Positions 28,540 through 41,576 of a stretch of DNA of 64,000 nucleotides are shown here, piece after piece; positions within the stretch are counted from its first letter, which is position 1, and every line of letters begins with the position of its first letter. The notes under the pieces were generated by a model, which was given only the letters and a program-made list of their open reading frames with translations, ran no database searches and had not been told where the DNA came from. Source of the stretch: a virus; the IMG/VR virus record IMGVR_UViG_3300008267_000025, positions 13,674 to 77,673 of that record; one strand, 5' to 3'. Both the position numbers and the translations under genes were made by a program.

Positions 28540-28540
28540 T

Positions 28541-28927
28541 ATGAAAGTTATTGTAAAACACCGTAATTCAGGTATAGATAAAAACAGATATGATTTATAT
28601 AACACATATATTAAATTTTTATATGAAGAATTACCATTGATTGATAATCTTTTAGTTGAATTTGTTGGTGAAAGAGTTGGTAATATGACAACAGGGTCGA
28701 GACAACCCAACTATATTACTGTTTTAAGTAAAGATAGAATGACTCGTGATATTTTACGTACATTATCACATGAATGGGTGCATGAATATCAAATAGGGGT
28801 TTTAGGTCGAGAAATAGGTCCTGATATTGGAGGTCAAAATGAAGATGAGGCAAATTCAATAGCGGGTCAATTGATTAAAATCTTTGAGAAAAAATACCCT
28901 AACTACAAAGAATCAATGTTTGAATAA
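28541..28927 (+). CDS. HEXXH metallopeptidase-like protein
   Basis: RTLSHEWVHEYQ...EDEAN. Confidence 0.7.
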   Translation: MKVIVKHRNSGIDKNRYDLYNTYIKFLYEELPLIDNLLVEFVGERVGNMTTGSRQPNYITVLSKDRMTRDILRTLSHEWVHEYQIGVLGREIGPDIGGQNEDEANSIAGQLIKIFEKKYPNYKESMFE

Positions 28928-28973
28928 AAAAATCCCAACCGTGGCTGGGATTTCTCAGACAAAAAAAAACACA

Positions 28974-29411
28974 TTAATTGTTTTCTACCACTTCAAGTAC
29001 TTCCAACTCAAAGATTAATTTTTTACCGGCTAATGGATGATTCGCATCAACAACAACGGTAGTTTCTTTCACATCAGTAACTCTAACATTAATTGGAGTT
29101 CCGTTAGGTGCTATAGCTTGTAAAGTTTCACCCACTTTAACATTTTCAGGTACATGGTCAATAGGAACTTCAGAAATTAATCTTTCATTTAATTCGCCGT
29201 AAGCGTTTTCAGGAGAAATTTCAATAGTCTTTTTTTCACCTACTGACATTTCAAATAAACCTGTTTCAAAACCATTAATTAATTTACCTTCACCCAATTT
29301 AGCAGTTAATGGTTCACGACCTTCAGTTAATGAAGTGTCAAAAATTGTACCGTCTTCTAATTTTCCTGTGTAGTGTACTTTTACTGTATCACCATTTGTA
29401 ATTTTTCTCAT
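28974..29411 (-). CDS. FKBP-type peptidyl-prolyl isomerase (SlyD/FkpB-like)
   Basis: VKVHYTGKLEDGTIFDTS, PENAYG, VDANHPLAGK. Confidence 0.95.
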   Translation of the reverse strand: MRKITNGDTVKVHYTGKLEDGTIFDTSLTEGREPLTAKLGEGKLINGFETGLFEMSVGEKKTIEISPENAYGELNERLISEVPIDHVPENVKVGETLQAIAPNGTPINVRVTDVKETTVVVDANHPLAGKKLIFELEVLEVVENN

Positions 29412-29465
29412 ATATTATGTTTTTATACTTAAATTATAAGTTATTCTTTATTAAGAATCAAATAA

Positions 29466-29747
29466 TTATTCATTATTTATTGTAAGTAATATAGAAATTT
29501 CTTTATCTCTATAACCTGAATAAACCCAACTTTCGGTAACCAAATAATTAATACCTTCTTGTATTAATAAATCTTCGTCATTATAATCTTGGATATCACC
29601 AATAGTTAAAGTACAATCCAATACATAAGATTTACTATTTGTGGAGTATATTACGTTATTGATTTTAACTGACGCGCCAGTACCGTATAAAAGTTCTAAT
29701 TGGTGTTTAAAAACTTTATTTAATAGAACATCAAAAAATTTTTTCAT
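29466..29747 (-). CDS. Hypothetical protein
   Basis: 93 aa ORF. Confidence 0.6.
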   Translation of the reverse strand: MKKFFDVLLNKVFKHQLELLYGTGASVKINNVIYSTNSKSYVLDCTLTIGDIQDYNDEDLLIQEGINYLVTESWVYSGYRDKEISILLTINNE

Positions 29748-29802
29748 AACCTAAGTTTAATTTAAATAAAAAATAGTATATTTGTAGTAAATAAAAAATA
29801 TT

Positions 29803-30036
29803 ATGGATATTATAAAATTTGAAAAAGAGTTTAATTGGGTTATTAAGGTGTTAGAGTCTTGTGAAAAAGATGAACAGGTCTTAATATCAAGAAATTTATT
29901 CGACATTTTGATGAATAGATGGTCGGCACATTTAAGTAAAGAAAGGATAATAAGTTTTAGCTCATTATTTTCAAAATTAGAAAAACATCAATTAAATTCT
30001 ATTGGTAAAAAAATGTTAGACTATATGACAATTTAA
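29803..30036 (+). CDS. Hypothetical protein
   Basis: WVIKVLESC motif. Confidence 0.6.
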   Translation: MDIIKFEKEFNWVIKVLESCEKDEQVLISRNLFDILMNRWSAHLSKERIISFSSLFSKLEKHQLNSIGKKMLDYMTI

Positions 30037-30039
30037 ATT

Positions 30040-30636
30040 ATGGAAGATTATAAAACAAACATATTAGAAAAAGTAAGACTTTGGTGGAAGTTTGATGGTA
30101 AATACTATCACAAAGACTTTATTCATGGAGTAAAAAACTTCATTAGATGGGCTCCAACTATTTGGAAAGACAGAGATTACGGTCAATCCTATATCTATGA
30201 TATACTAAGTAAGAAACTAGAATTTCAGTCTGAGTATATTGGTAGACGTAATTACCACACAAGAGCTAAACGAGATGCTGAAGTGATGATGTTGGTTACT
30301 CGTTTAATTAAAAAGTCTAGGGATGAAGAGTATGGTATGGAATATATGGATTATCAAGAATCCAGTATTGATTTTGTAGAGATTGATAAAACATACGAAG
30401 GTGAAAAATTATATAAGTTGGTTTCAAACGAAAAGTCTGAAAGATACGATGAATACTTTAAGAAGTATCCTAGACAATACAAAAGAGTGTTGAGTGGAGA
30501 AGTTAATAGGTTTCGTAGAGATGAGAAAAAGGAAAAGCAACTGATTGCCATGGAGATTGCTCAAGAAAATGAAGAAAGGTGTAGAAAACTATTATTCAAA
30601 ATAATGGAAGAAAATATCGAGAGATGGTGGGATTAA
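30040..30636 (+). CDS. Phage hypothetical protein
   Basis: W.PTIWKDRDY...IERWWD. Confidence 0.7.
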   Translation: MEDYKTNILEKVRLWWKFDGKYYHKDFIHGVKNFIRWAPTIWKDRDYGQSYIYDILSKKLEFQSEYIGRRNYHTRAKRDAEVMMLVTRLIKKSRDEEYGMEYMDYQESSIDFVEIDKTYEGEKLYKLVSNEKSERYDEYFKKYPRQYKRVLSGEVNRFRRDEKKEKQLIAMEIAQENEERCRKLLFKIMEENIERWWD

Positions 30637-30678
30637 TTAAAAAAAAACATTATATTTGTACTATAAATAATATAATAC

Positions 30679-31368
30679 ATGAAAATATCTTTAATATCTG
30701 ACACACATACAAAACATAAAAGTTATACTTATGATTTACCCGGTGGTGATTTATTAATTCATGCTGGTGATATCTCATCAATGGGGTATGAACATGAAAT
30801 AACTAATTTCTGTAAATGGTATGATTCATTAGATGGTTATACTCATAAACTATTCATAGCTGGAAATCACGATTGGGGATTTCAAAATAATGTTGAGAAA
30901 GTTAATAAAATTTTGGATGTATATAAAGGTGTAAAATACATTCAAGACGAAACTATTGGTGTACAGGTAGATGGGAATCCATTAGTTAATGTTTATGGTT
31001 CACCATGGCAACCTGAATTTTATAATTGGGCGTTTAATTTACCTAAAAATGGGGTTGAGTTGTTTAATAAATGGGAAAATATTCCTCAAAATACCGATAT
31101 CTTAGTCACTCACGGTCCTGCATTTGGATATTTAGATGATGTTGAAGGGAATCGAGGTGTTCATTTAGGGTGTGAGTTATTAACTAATCGAATTAAAACG
31201 ATTAAACCTAAAATCCATGTTTGTGGTCATATTCATACCGGACATGGTTATTATTTTGATGGTGATACACATTTCTTTAATGCGTCAGTGTTAGATGAAC
31301 AATATAAAGACACTCAATTCCCATTCATTTTTGAATGGAATCCGGTAACTAATGAAATTAATTTTTAA
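30679..31368 (+). CDS. Calcineurin-like metallophosphoesterase
   Basis: ISDTH, HAGD, IAGNHD, THGP, CGHIH. Confidence 0.93.
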   Translation: MKISLISDTHTKHKSYTYDLPGGDLLIHAGDISSMGYEHEITNFCKWYDSLDGYTHKLFIAGNHDWGFQNNVEKVNKILDVYKGVKYIQDETIGVQVDGNPLVNVYGSPWQPEFYNWAFNLPKNGVELFNKWENIPQNTDILVTHGPAFGYLDDVEGNRGVHLGCELLTNRIKTIKPKIHVCGHIHTGHGYYFDGDTHFFNASVLDEQYKDTQFPFIFEWNPVTNEINF

Positions 31369-31372
31369 AGTT

Positions 31373-31504
31373 ATGTTTAAAAAAATTAAAAAATGGTTTG
31401 ACCTTAAATTTGGTTGGTTTTTTATAAATGGTAGAAAACAAAATAAATGGATTGAGGTATTAAAAGACACCTACTCTGACGATAATAAAAGTCAAGAAAT
31501 GTAA
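31373..31504 (+). CDS. Small hypothetical protein, 43 aa (not in ORF track)
   Basis: MFKKIKKWFDLKFGWFFINGRKQ... Confidence 0.5.
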   Translation: MFKKIKKWFDLKFGWFFINGRKQNKWIEVLKDTYSDDNKSQEM

Positions 31505-31584
31505 TTACAATAACAACAAAGTAAACCCTTAAATTTAATTATTTAAGGGTTTTTTATTTTTAAGATATTTATAGTAAAACTATT

Positions 31585-33348
31585 ATGCCAATTTTTAGTA
31601 AAACTTCAAAATATTGTTTTTACATAACAGTTATGATTATGTTTATTTTTTTGGGTATCAAAACATTGGTGGTATTTGAATTAATACATTTTTCATCTAA
31701 AATTAAATGGGTGGAATTTTTTTGTATTTCATTCTTTGTACCATTTTTTCTTATATTAATGAGAGAATATTATAATAAGAATAAAGAGTCTGTTAAGTTA
31801 AATCAATATTCAAAGTTATTAAATGAAACATTAATTAGATTGACCCATCATAATTTATTTTACGATGGAAAATTAGTTGAGGGCGGGAAATTACTAACTA
31901 AAGAAGTTACTAAAACATTATCAGTTGATAGATGTTCTATATGGTTATATAACGATAAAAATACCTCTATAATATGTTCTCAATTATATGATATAACAAC
32001 TAATACATGGAGTAATGGGTTTGAATTATATGAGAAGGATTATAAACCTTACTTCGATGATTTAAGAAAAAATGGGATAATATCGGCTAATGATGTTACT
32101 ACTCATCCGGCAACTATCTGTTTCAACGAAACGTACACAAATCCGTTAGGGATTAAATCAATTTTAGACGTTCCTATCATTTATAAGGGAACTATGATAG
32201 GTGTTATATGTATTGAAAGTTTGAAATTAAGAGAATGGAATAAAATCGAAATAAATTTCACCGAAATGTTATCATCATTATTTTCATTTACGTATTCAGT
32301 TAAAGAAACTAATGATATTAAAAATGAACTATCTGAATTTGAGAATTTTGTCAATAAGTCAGTATTAGTAAGTAAAACCGATAAAAGAGGTAGAATTACA
32401 TATGTTAACGATAAGTTCCAAGAAGTCTCAGGATATAGTTTTGAAGAAACTATTGGTAAAGACCATAATATTATTAATTCAGGTGTACACACTTCTAAAT
32501 TTTGGAAAAATATGTATAAAACCGTTAAAAACGGTGAGATTTGGAATGATTTAGTAACTAATAAACGTAAAAATGGTGAATTATATTGGGTTGATACCTA
32601 TATCAAAGGTGTATTTAAAAACAATCGTTTAATTGGGTATTTGTCAATTAGACAAGATGTTACTGATTTATATAAAAATATTAATGAGATTAGTAAAAAG
32701 AACACCTATTTAGAACACGCCTCGAAGATTTTAAGACACGATATGCACTCAGGTATAAACACATATATCCCAAGAGGTTTAAGTTCGTTAGAACGAAGAT
32801 TATCCCCCGAAGATATAGAAAGATTAAAACTTGAGATTCCAATAAGATTGTTAAAAGAAGGGTTAAAACATACTCAAAAAGTTTATAAAGGTGTCTACGA
32901 ATTTACTAATTTAGTAAAACATGATTCTGATTTATCTAAAGAAAAATTTAATCTAAAGGAAATCCTAACATCTTTTTTATCATCCACCGCTTATTCAAGT
33001 CAGGTATCTATTGGTACATTACCTACTATTGAAGTTAATGAATCTTTATTTTGTACGGCAATAGATAACTTAATTCGTAATGGTTTACGATATAATGATT
33101 CTGAAAGTAAAATCGTTAAAATATATATGGATGACGATAATCATTTAACTATTCAAGATAATGGTCGAGGTATGACACAAGAAGAATTTGAAATATACTC
33201 AAAACCGTATAATAGAAAACCAAATCAAAAGGAATCCGGTACAGGTTTAGGTTTAAACATATGTATAGCAATTTTAAATGAACATGGGTTTACCATTACT
33301 TGTGAAAAAAATGAAATTGGAACTAAATTAAAAATTAAAATAAAATAA
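31585..33348 (+). CDS. Sensor histidine kinase (2TM-GAF-PAS-HisKA-HATPase)
   Basis: GAF (VDRCSIW..LGIKSILDVPI), PAS (ITYVNDKF..SGY..GKDH..NKRKNGELYWV), H-box LRHD, NLIRNG, DNGRG, GTGLGL. Confidence 0.93.
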   Translation: MPIFSKTSKYCFYITVMIMFIFLGIKTLVVFELIHFSSKIKWVEFFCISFFVPFFLILMREYYNKNKESVKLNQYSKLLNETLIRLTHHNLFYDGKLVEGGKLLTKEVTKTLSVDRCSIWLYNDKNTSIICSQLYDITTNTWSNGFELYEKDYKPYFDDLRKNGIISANDVTTHPATICFNETYTNPLGIKSILDVPIIYKGTMIGVICIESLKLREWNKIEINFTEMLSSLFSFTYSVKETNDIKNELSEFENFVNKSVLVSKTDKRGRITYVNDKFQEVSGYSFEETIGKDHNIINSGVHTSKFWKNMYKTVKNGEIWNDLVTNKRKNGELYWVDTYIKGVFKNNRLIGYLSIRQDVTDLYKNINEISKKNTYLEHASKILRHDMHSGINTYIPRGLSSLERRLSPEDIERLKLEIPIRLLKEGLKHTQKVYKGVYEFTNLVKHDSDLSKEKFNLKEILTSFLSSTAYSSQVSIGTLPTIEVNESLFCTAIDNLIRNGLRYNDSESKIVKIYMDDDNHLTIQDNGRGMTQEEFEIYSKPYNRKPNQKESGTGLGLNICIAILNEHGFTITCEKNEIGTKLKIKIK

Positions 33349-33349
33349 T

Positions 33350-34324
33350 ATGAATAAAAAATTTAGAGTACTATCAATTGATGGTGGAGGATTAAGAGGT
33401 ATTGTACCATTAATGATACTGAAAAGAATTGAAGAAATGTCAGGTAAACAAATATACGAATTATTTGACTTGATAGTTGGTACATCAACAGGAGGAATAA
33501 TAGCATGTGGTTTAACAGCTACTAAAGATGGTGAAACACCTTTTTTAAGGGTTGATAAATTAATTGAATTATACACAACAAAAGGTAAAAATATTTTCCC
33601 TAAGAAAGAAAACTTATTAACTAAGTTTAATTCATTAATTAATCCTAAATTTAGTGATAAAGGTTTGGATAAAGAATTAAAAGAATATTTTGAAGATATA
33701 ACATTAAGTCAGACTTTGAAACCGATTATTGTAACATCATACGATATCAATAATAATGAACCTTTAATTTTTAAAAGTAGGAAATCAGTTGAAGTAGGTT
33801 ATGATATAAAGTTAAAGGATGTATGTCGAGCAACATCAGCAGCACCAACTTATTTACCATCATATGAGTTAAATTATGCCGGTAAAAAAAGAATTTGTAT
33901 TGATGGTGGCGTTTATGTTAACAATCCTGTTATGGTTGCTATTTCAGATATTATCAGAAATAAATACGGAGTTGAAGGTATTCAATTAAGTGATATAACT
34001 GTTTTGTCATTAGGTACAGGTGTATATACAGAAAATTTAGGAATTAAAAAAACACCTAGCTGGGGATTACTTAACTGGGCCAAGCCAATAACTGATTTAA
34101 TGATGCAAGCCGTTTCAAAATCAGTTCATTATGAATGTAATGAATTATTGAATAACTATTTAAGACTTCAAATAGATATTGATAAAAAAGAAATGAGCGA
34201 TATGGCAGATTCTAGTCTAGAAACAAATATTTATATAAAAGAAAAAGTAAATAGTAAAATATTAAATAATCCAGAAGAAATGTATAAATTACAAGAATTC
34301 TTCAAACAAAATATACAAAATTAA
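33350..34324 (+). CDS. Patatin-like phospholipase
   Basis: DGGGLRG, GTSTG, SAAPTY, DGG. Confidence 0.93.
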   Translation: MNKKFRVLSIDGGGLRGIVPLMILKRIEEMSGKQIYELFDLIVGTSTGGIIACGLTATKDGETPFLRVDKLIELYTTKGKNIFPKKENLLTKFNSLINPKFSDKGLDKELKEYFEDITLSQTLKPIIVTSYDINNNEPLIFKSRKSVEVGYDIKLKDVCRATSAAPTYLPSYELNYAGKKRICIDGGVYVNNPVMVAISDIIRNKYGVEGIQLSDITVLSLGTGVYTENLGIKKTPSWGLLNWAKPITDLMMQAVSKSVHYECNELLNNYLRLQIDIDKKEMSDMADSSLETNIYIKEKVNSKILNNPEEMYKLQEFFKQNIQN

Positions 34325-34325
34325 T

Positions 34326-34763
34326 ATGATAGAATCAATATTATTAGTGGATGATGAAGATTTATTCCATTTGGTTTTTGAAGACGCATGTTCTTTATTA
34401 GACATTAGTTTATCTCTAAAATCAGTTAAAAGTGCAGATGAAGCTGCCAAAATGTTCAAAAAATGGTTTGAATCCGGTAATAAAAAAGAAAAACCTGAAT
34501 GTGTATTCGTTGATTTAAACATCATAGGTTCATCATTTGATGGCATAGAATTAGTTAGAAAAATTAATTTTGAATATGGTAATCATGTTATTATCGGTAT
34601 AATTTCTTCCTCCAACGAATCATCTGAACAACATAAAGCTCTTGATGCCGGTGCACAATTTTGGTTAGTTAAATCAGATGAAATTGAGCCGAGATTAGAA
34701 GAATTTAAAAAAGATTATCCTGGTTATAAAAATAAAACGTTACCATTTAAAGTTTACAAATGA
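34326..34763 (+). CDS. Single-domain response regulator (receiver)
   Basis: LLVDDE, FVDLN (phospho-Asp), ISSS, GA..WLVK. Confidence 0.9.
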   Translation: MIESILLVDDEDLFHLVFEDACSLLDISLSLKSVKSADEAAKMFKKWFESGNKKEKPECVFVDLNIIGSSFDGIELVRKINFEYGNHVIIGIISSSNESSEQHKALDAGAQFWLVKSDEIEPRLEEFKKDYPGYKNKTLPFKVYK

Positions 34764-35437
34764 TTAATTTTAGTCCTGAAACCAAAAAACAATTAATTGA
34801 CTTATATCATGAAAAAAGTATAGGTTTAGAAGGTAATATATTAAAATTAATCAATACTGAAAATGATAAAGATTTTTCAAAATACATTAAAAAATGTATT
34901 GATAATGATAAATCTAACCGAAGAAAAAGACTTGATGTAACAAAAAAAATACAAAGTCAGAATAATGAATTGATTTCATTAAATGATGAAAATAAACGTA
35001 TTCTTGATGAACTACAAGTAAGTCTGACTAATACCGAAAATTCTAAAACTCAAATTGAAGAACAAAATAACGAATTATTGTCTTGGAAAGAAAAAAATGA
35101 ACAAATTCAAAACGAGTTACAAGAAGAAATGAAGAAATCTGAAATTGCTCGTTCTGAAGCCGAAAACTCTAAAGAAATCGCATTAAATAATTTAGATGTT
35201 TTACAGAAAAAAATTCAAACTCAACTAATGGGTAAAATAGTTTTAGTAGCGTTAGGGGTTATTGGGTTTGTCGGATTAACAACTACCATATTATATGTTA
35301 TTTCAATAGTTTTGGGAAAAGAAACTGAAAATATCGGAACCGCTTGGTTCAATATATGTGGGATTTTATTAACTAACGCTTTTAGTATTGTTGGTACTAT
35401 TATGGGTGTTAAGTATAGTAGTAACGAGAAACCATAA
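34760..35437 (+). CDS. Coiled-coil protein with C-terminal 2 TM helices
   Basis: Long Q/E/N-rich heptads followed by two hydrophobic segments; ATGA overlap with the regulator. Confidence 0.75.
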   Translation: MINFSPETKKQLIDLYHEKSIGLEGNILKLINTENDKDFSKYIKKCIDNDKSNRRKRLDVTKKIQSQNNELISLNDENKRILDELQVSLTNTENSKTQIEEQNNELLSWKEKNEQIQNELQEEMKKSEIARSEAENSKEIALNNLDVLQKKIQTQLMGKIVLVALGVIGFVGLTTTILYVISIVLGKETENIGTAWFNICGILLTNAFSIVGTIMGVKYSSNEKP

Positions 35438-35593
35438 TTACTTTCTTCTTTTATCAGGTTTATGTTTTATTTCAACCTCATAAGGGTTAGTTAAACTTAT
35501 ATCACTATTAAATTTCCAAATAGTAATACTATATTCATTTTCAAATTTACGTTCCCATTTTTTAATTTGGACATTTGATGTGTTTTTTCCCAT
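35438..35593 (-). CDS. Small hypothetical protein, 51 aa (not in ORF track)
   Basis: MGKNTSNVQIKKWERKFENEYSITIWKF...NPYEVEI; TATATTTG directly upstream. Confidence 0.55.
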   Translation of the reverse strand: MGKNTSNVQIKKWERKFENEYSITIWKFNSDISLTNPYEVEIKHKPDKRRK

Positions 35594-35630
35594 GGAACAA
35601 ATATAGAAAAAATCATTTAATTTAACAAAC

Positions 35631-35670
35631 TGTCATTTTGTCATATATTGACTAATGGTATGATTTTTAC
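35631..35670 (+). promoter_or_regulatory. Putative heat-shock element (TGTCA-N3-TGTCA plus sigma54-like -24/-12)
   Basis: Near-identical arrangement upstream of Hsp20 (62346-62396). Confidence 0.5.
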
Positions 35671-35707
35671 TATACTTTCGGTAAATAAACAAAATAAAAA
35701 TTTATAA

Positions 35708-39019
<3,312 letters not shown>

Positions 39020-39025
39020 TTAAAT

Positions 39026-39055
39026 AAAAACCTTGGGGAAACTCAAGGTTTTTTT
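39026..39055 (+). terminator. Intrinsic terminator after dnaK
   Basis: AAAACCTTG..CAAGGTTTT + T-tract. Confidence 0.8.
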
Positions 39056-39088
39056 GTTTTATCAAAAATAATTTCATATATTTGTCAT

Positions 39089-39643
39089 ATGAAATTATTA
39101 TTAAGTTTATTAGTCATTTTAACTACAGTTGGTTTTTCACAAAAACCTAGTGATACTATAGATTATAGTAAAATTAATATTAAATTATTAACTGAACTCA
39201 TTACTAAAAAATGTGACGTAAAACGAGTTGAACTCGGTAATCTTCCTTTAGTTTATAATAAAATCGCCTATGAATCTGCGAAATATCAATCTGATTGTTT
39301 ATCTGAAAAAAATATTGGGATAAGTCATGAAAATAAGATACAACATAATAATGTTTTGTTACAAACACCTACAGACAGGGTTGATTTTTTTAATAAAAAA
39401 AATAAAACTGATTTTAGTTTTACAGGTGAAATAATAGGTCTTTTTTATTTAAGTGGTGAAACTTATAATTCTTTATCGGATTTAATTATTGACGATTTTA
39501 TGAATTCTGATAGACATAGATTTATAATGACAAAAATTAAAACATCCAATAATATCAAACGTTATGGTGCTTTTGCTGTATCTTATAATGTAATCGATAA
39601 ATCCGTATATGTAACAGGTGTTTTCACATCAAAATACGAATAA
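39089..39643 (+). CDS. Secreted CAP (SCP)-domain protein
   Basis: Signal peptide; R...GN.PL, A.YQS, SH, GEI, FMNS.RH. Confidence 0.75.
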   Translation: MKLLLSLLVILTTVGFSQKPSDTIDYSKINIKLLTELITKKCDVKRVELGNLPLVYNKIAYESAKYQSDCLSEKNIGISHENKIQHNNVLLQTPTDRVDFFNKKNKTDFSFTGEIIGLFYLSGETYNSLSDLIIDDFMNSDRHRFIMTKIKTSNNIKRYGAFAVSYNVIDKSVYVTGVFTSKYE

Positions 39644-39680
39644 TATTTTTTTATTGGGAAACATTTCATAAATTTGTTAT

Positions 39681-40277
39681 ATGAAGACAATTAACTTAAT
39701 TTTTTCATTAATTTCAATAGTTTGTTATTCTCAAACTAAAAATGATGTTGTTGATTTCAAACACCTGAATGTTGAATTGTTTAATAAAACAATCTTTGAC
39801 GAATGTAATAAAGTTAGAAAAGAAAATGGTGTAAAACCTTTAGTCTATGACAAAATATGTTCATATAGTGCCAATTATCAATCCGAATATATGTCAAATT
39901 TTAGTGTTTTATCACATAGAAACACTAATGTTTTTAAATCACAATTACTACATAATGTAGGGGAAAGATTTGAGTTTTTCTATAAAAAATATAATGAAAA
40001 AAGATTTTATGTTATGACGGCTGAGATATGTACTGTATTTGAGAAAGTAACAACAATAAATTACGTAGGTATTAACACTAAAACATATCAAAATTATGCT
40101 GAAGAAATTATTAAAGGTTTTTTGAATTCTAAATATCACAAAATCGCAATGTTATTTGATGATGTTGATTATATTATTTACGGTAGTTTTAATGTTTGTT
40201 ATAATCAAAACACAGATAATATGTACACAACCGGCGTTATTAACCCTTGTCCTACATCTACAAATATGGGTGAATAA
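39681..40277 (+). CDS. Secreted CAP-domain protein
   Basis: NKVRKENGVKPL, LSH, AEIC, FLNSKYH. Confidence 0.78.
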   Translation: MKTINLIFSLISIVCYSQTKNDVVDFKHLNVELFNKTIFDECNKVRKENGVKPLVYDKICSYSANYQSEYMSNFSVLSHRNTNVFKSQLLHNVGERFEFFYKKYNEKRFYVMTAEICTVFEKVTTINYVGINTKTYQNYAEEIIKGFLNSKYHKIAMLFDDVDYIIYGSFNVCYNQNTDNMYTTGVINPCPTSTNMGE

Positions 40278-40299
40278 TTAACTAAACACGTTTTGTTAT

Positions 40300-40964
40300 A
40301 TGGAAGTTATAAAAATAATTTTAATCTTATGTTTACTACAAATAATTGGGTATTCTCAATTAACGATGGGGTCTTACACTGTTAAAGTTAAAAATGATAA
40401 AAATCAAATAATTAATGAATTGATTACTGATAGACTTGACAGTATTTTTGAATCTGAAAAAAAAAAGGAATTTGTAGAGTAAAAATTAATAAAAATTTGG
40501 ATTTGAAAAAAATTGAGGAGAAGTTTACTAAACTTTACCTTAATTACCAAGATAGTGTGTTTAATCGTAAAAAAGAATATTGTGAATTTTTAGATAGTCT
40601 AAGTTATTGTCAAATAAATTATTTAGTTAAACAAGGAGAAATAACTCACGAACAAACTAATAACGATTTAAAAACAATTGGTTTAAGATTTAGGTATTAT
40701 TATGAAATAAATCCTAATTTAGGATTTGCCGAAATTTTAGTTCGTATGTCAACAGGAACTGATGAAAGCAATATCGCTAAATCAGCGTTTAGAATTTTTA
40801 TGAATTCTAAATCACATAAATCGATAATTGACGAAGAAAAACTTAATTATTTTAATTTTAAATTCAAATACAATTTAAATGGTGATATAATTGGTATTGG
40901 AACTTTTTCCACAGAAAAAGTTAATTACGTTAAATTTAACACAAATAAAAAAAGAAAAAATTAA
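40300..40964 (+). pseudogene. CAP-domain gene split by a frameshift at an A10 tract
   Basis: Signal-peptide ORF 40300..40482 joins CAP ORF (THEQ, AEIL, FMNSKSH) in the -1 frame at A40457-40466. Confidence 0.7.
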
Positions 40965-41012
40965 GTAAAAAAAACGTTTTGTATAATTAATGATATTTCG
41001 TATATTTGTTAT

Positions 41013-41573
41013 ATGAAAACAAATATATTTATTACTTTTTTTATCGTATTAACTACAATTGGTTTTTCACAAAAACCTACAGATACTATAGATTATAGTA
41101 AAATTAATATTAAATTATTAACGGAACTCATTACTAAAAAATGTGATACCAAACGAGTAGAATTAGGTAATGAACCTTTAAAATATGATAAAGTTGCGTA
41201 TGATGCTGCTAAGTACCAATCTGATTATTTATCTGTTAAAAATTTTAGAATAAGTCATGAAAATTCTATACCACATAATAATATTTTATTGAGAACCCCC
41301 ACCGATAGAGTTGATTTTTTTAATAATAAAAATAAGAGTAATTCTGATTTTGATGGAGAAATAATTTGTCAAATAAAAAATATAGAACTAACGTATGATT
41401 CGTTATCAACGATAGTTATTCAAAGTTTTATGAATTCAGAACACCATCGATTTATCATGACACAAATAACACCTTTTGAGAATATTAAATGTTATGGTGC
41501 GTTTGGTGTTAATTATAATTATATAACCAAAACATTATATGTTACAGGTGTTTTTACATCTAAATATGAATAA
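41013..41573 (+). CDS. Secreted CAP-domain protein (recent duplicate of 39089)
   Basis: Long nucleotide identity with 39089 gene; both end GVFTSKYE. Confidence 0.78.
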   Translation: MKTNIFITFFIVLTTIGFSQKPTDTIDYSKINIKLLTELITKKCDTKRVELGNEPLKYDKVAYDAAKYQSDYLSVKNFRISHENSIPHNNILLRTPTDRVDFFNNKNKSNSDFDGEIICQIKNIELTYDSLSTIVIQSFMNSEHHRFIMTQITPFENIKCYGAFGVNYNYITKTLYVTGVFTSKYE

Positions 41574-41576
41574 TAA

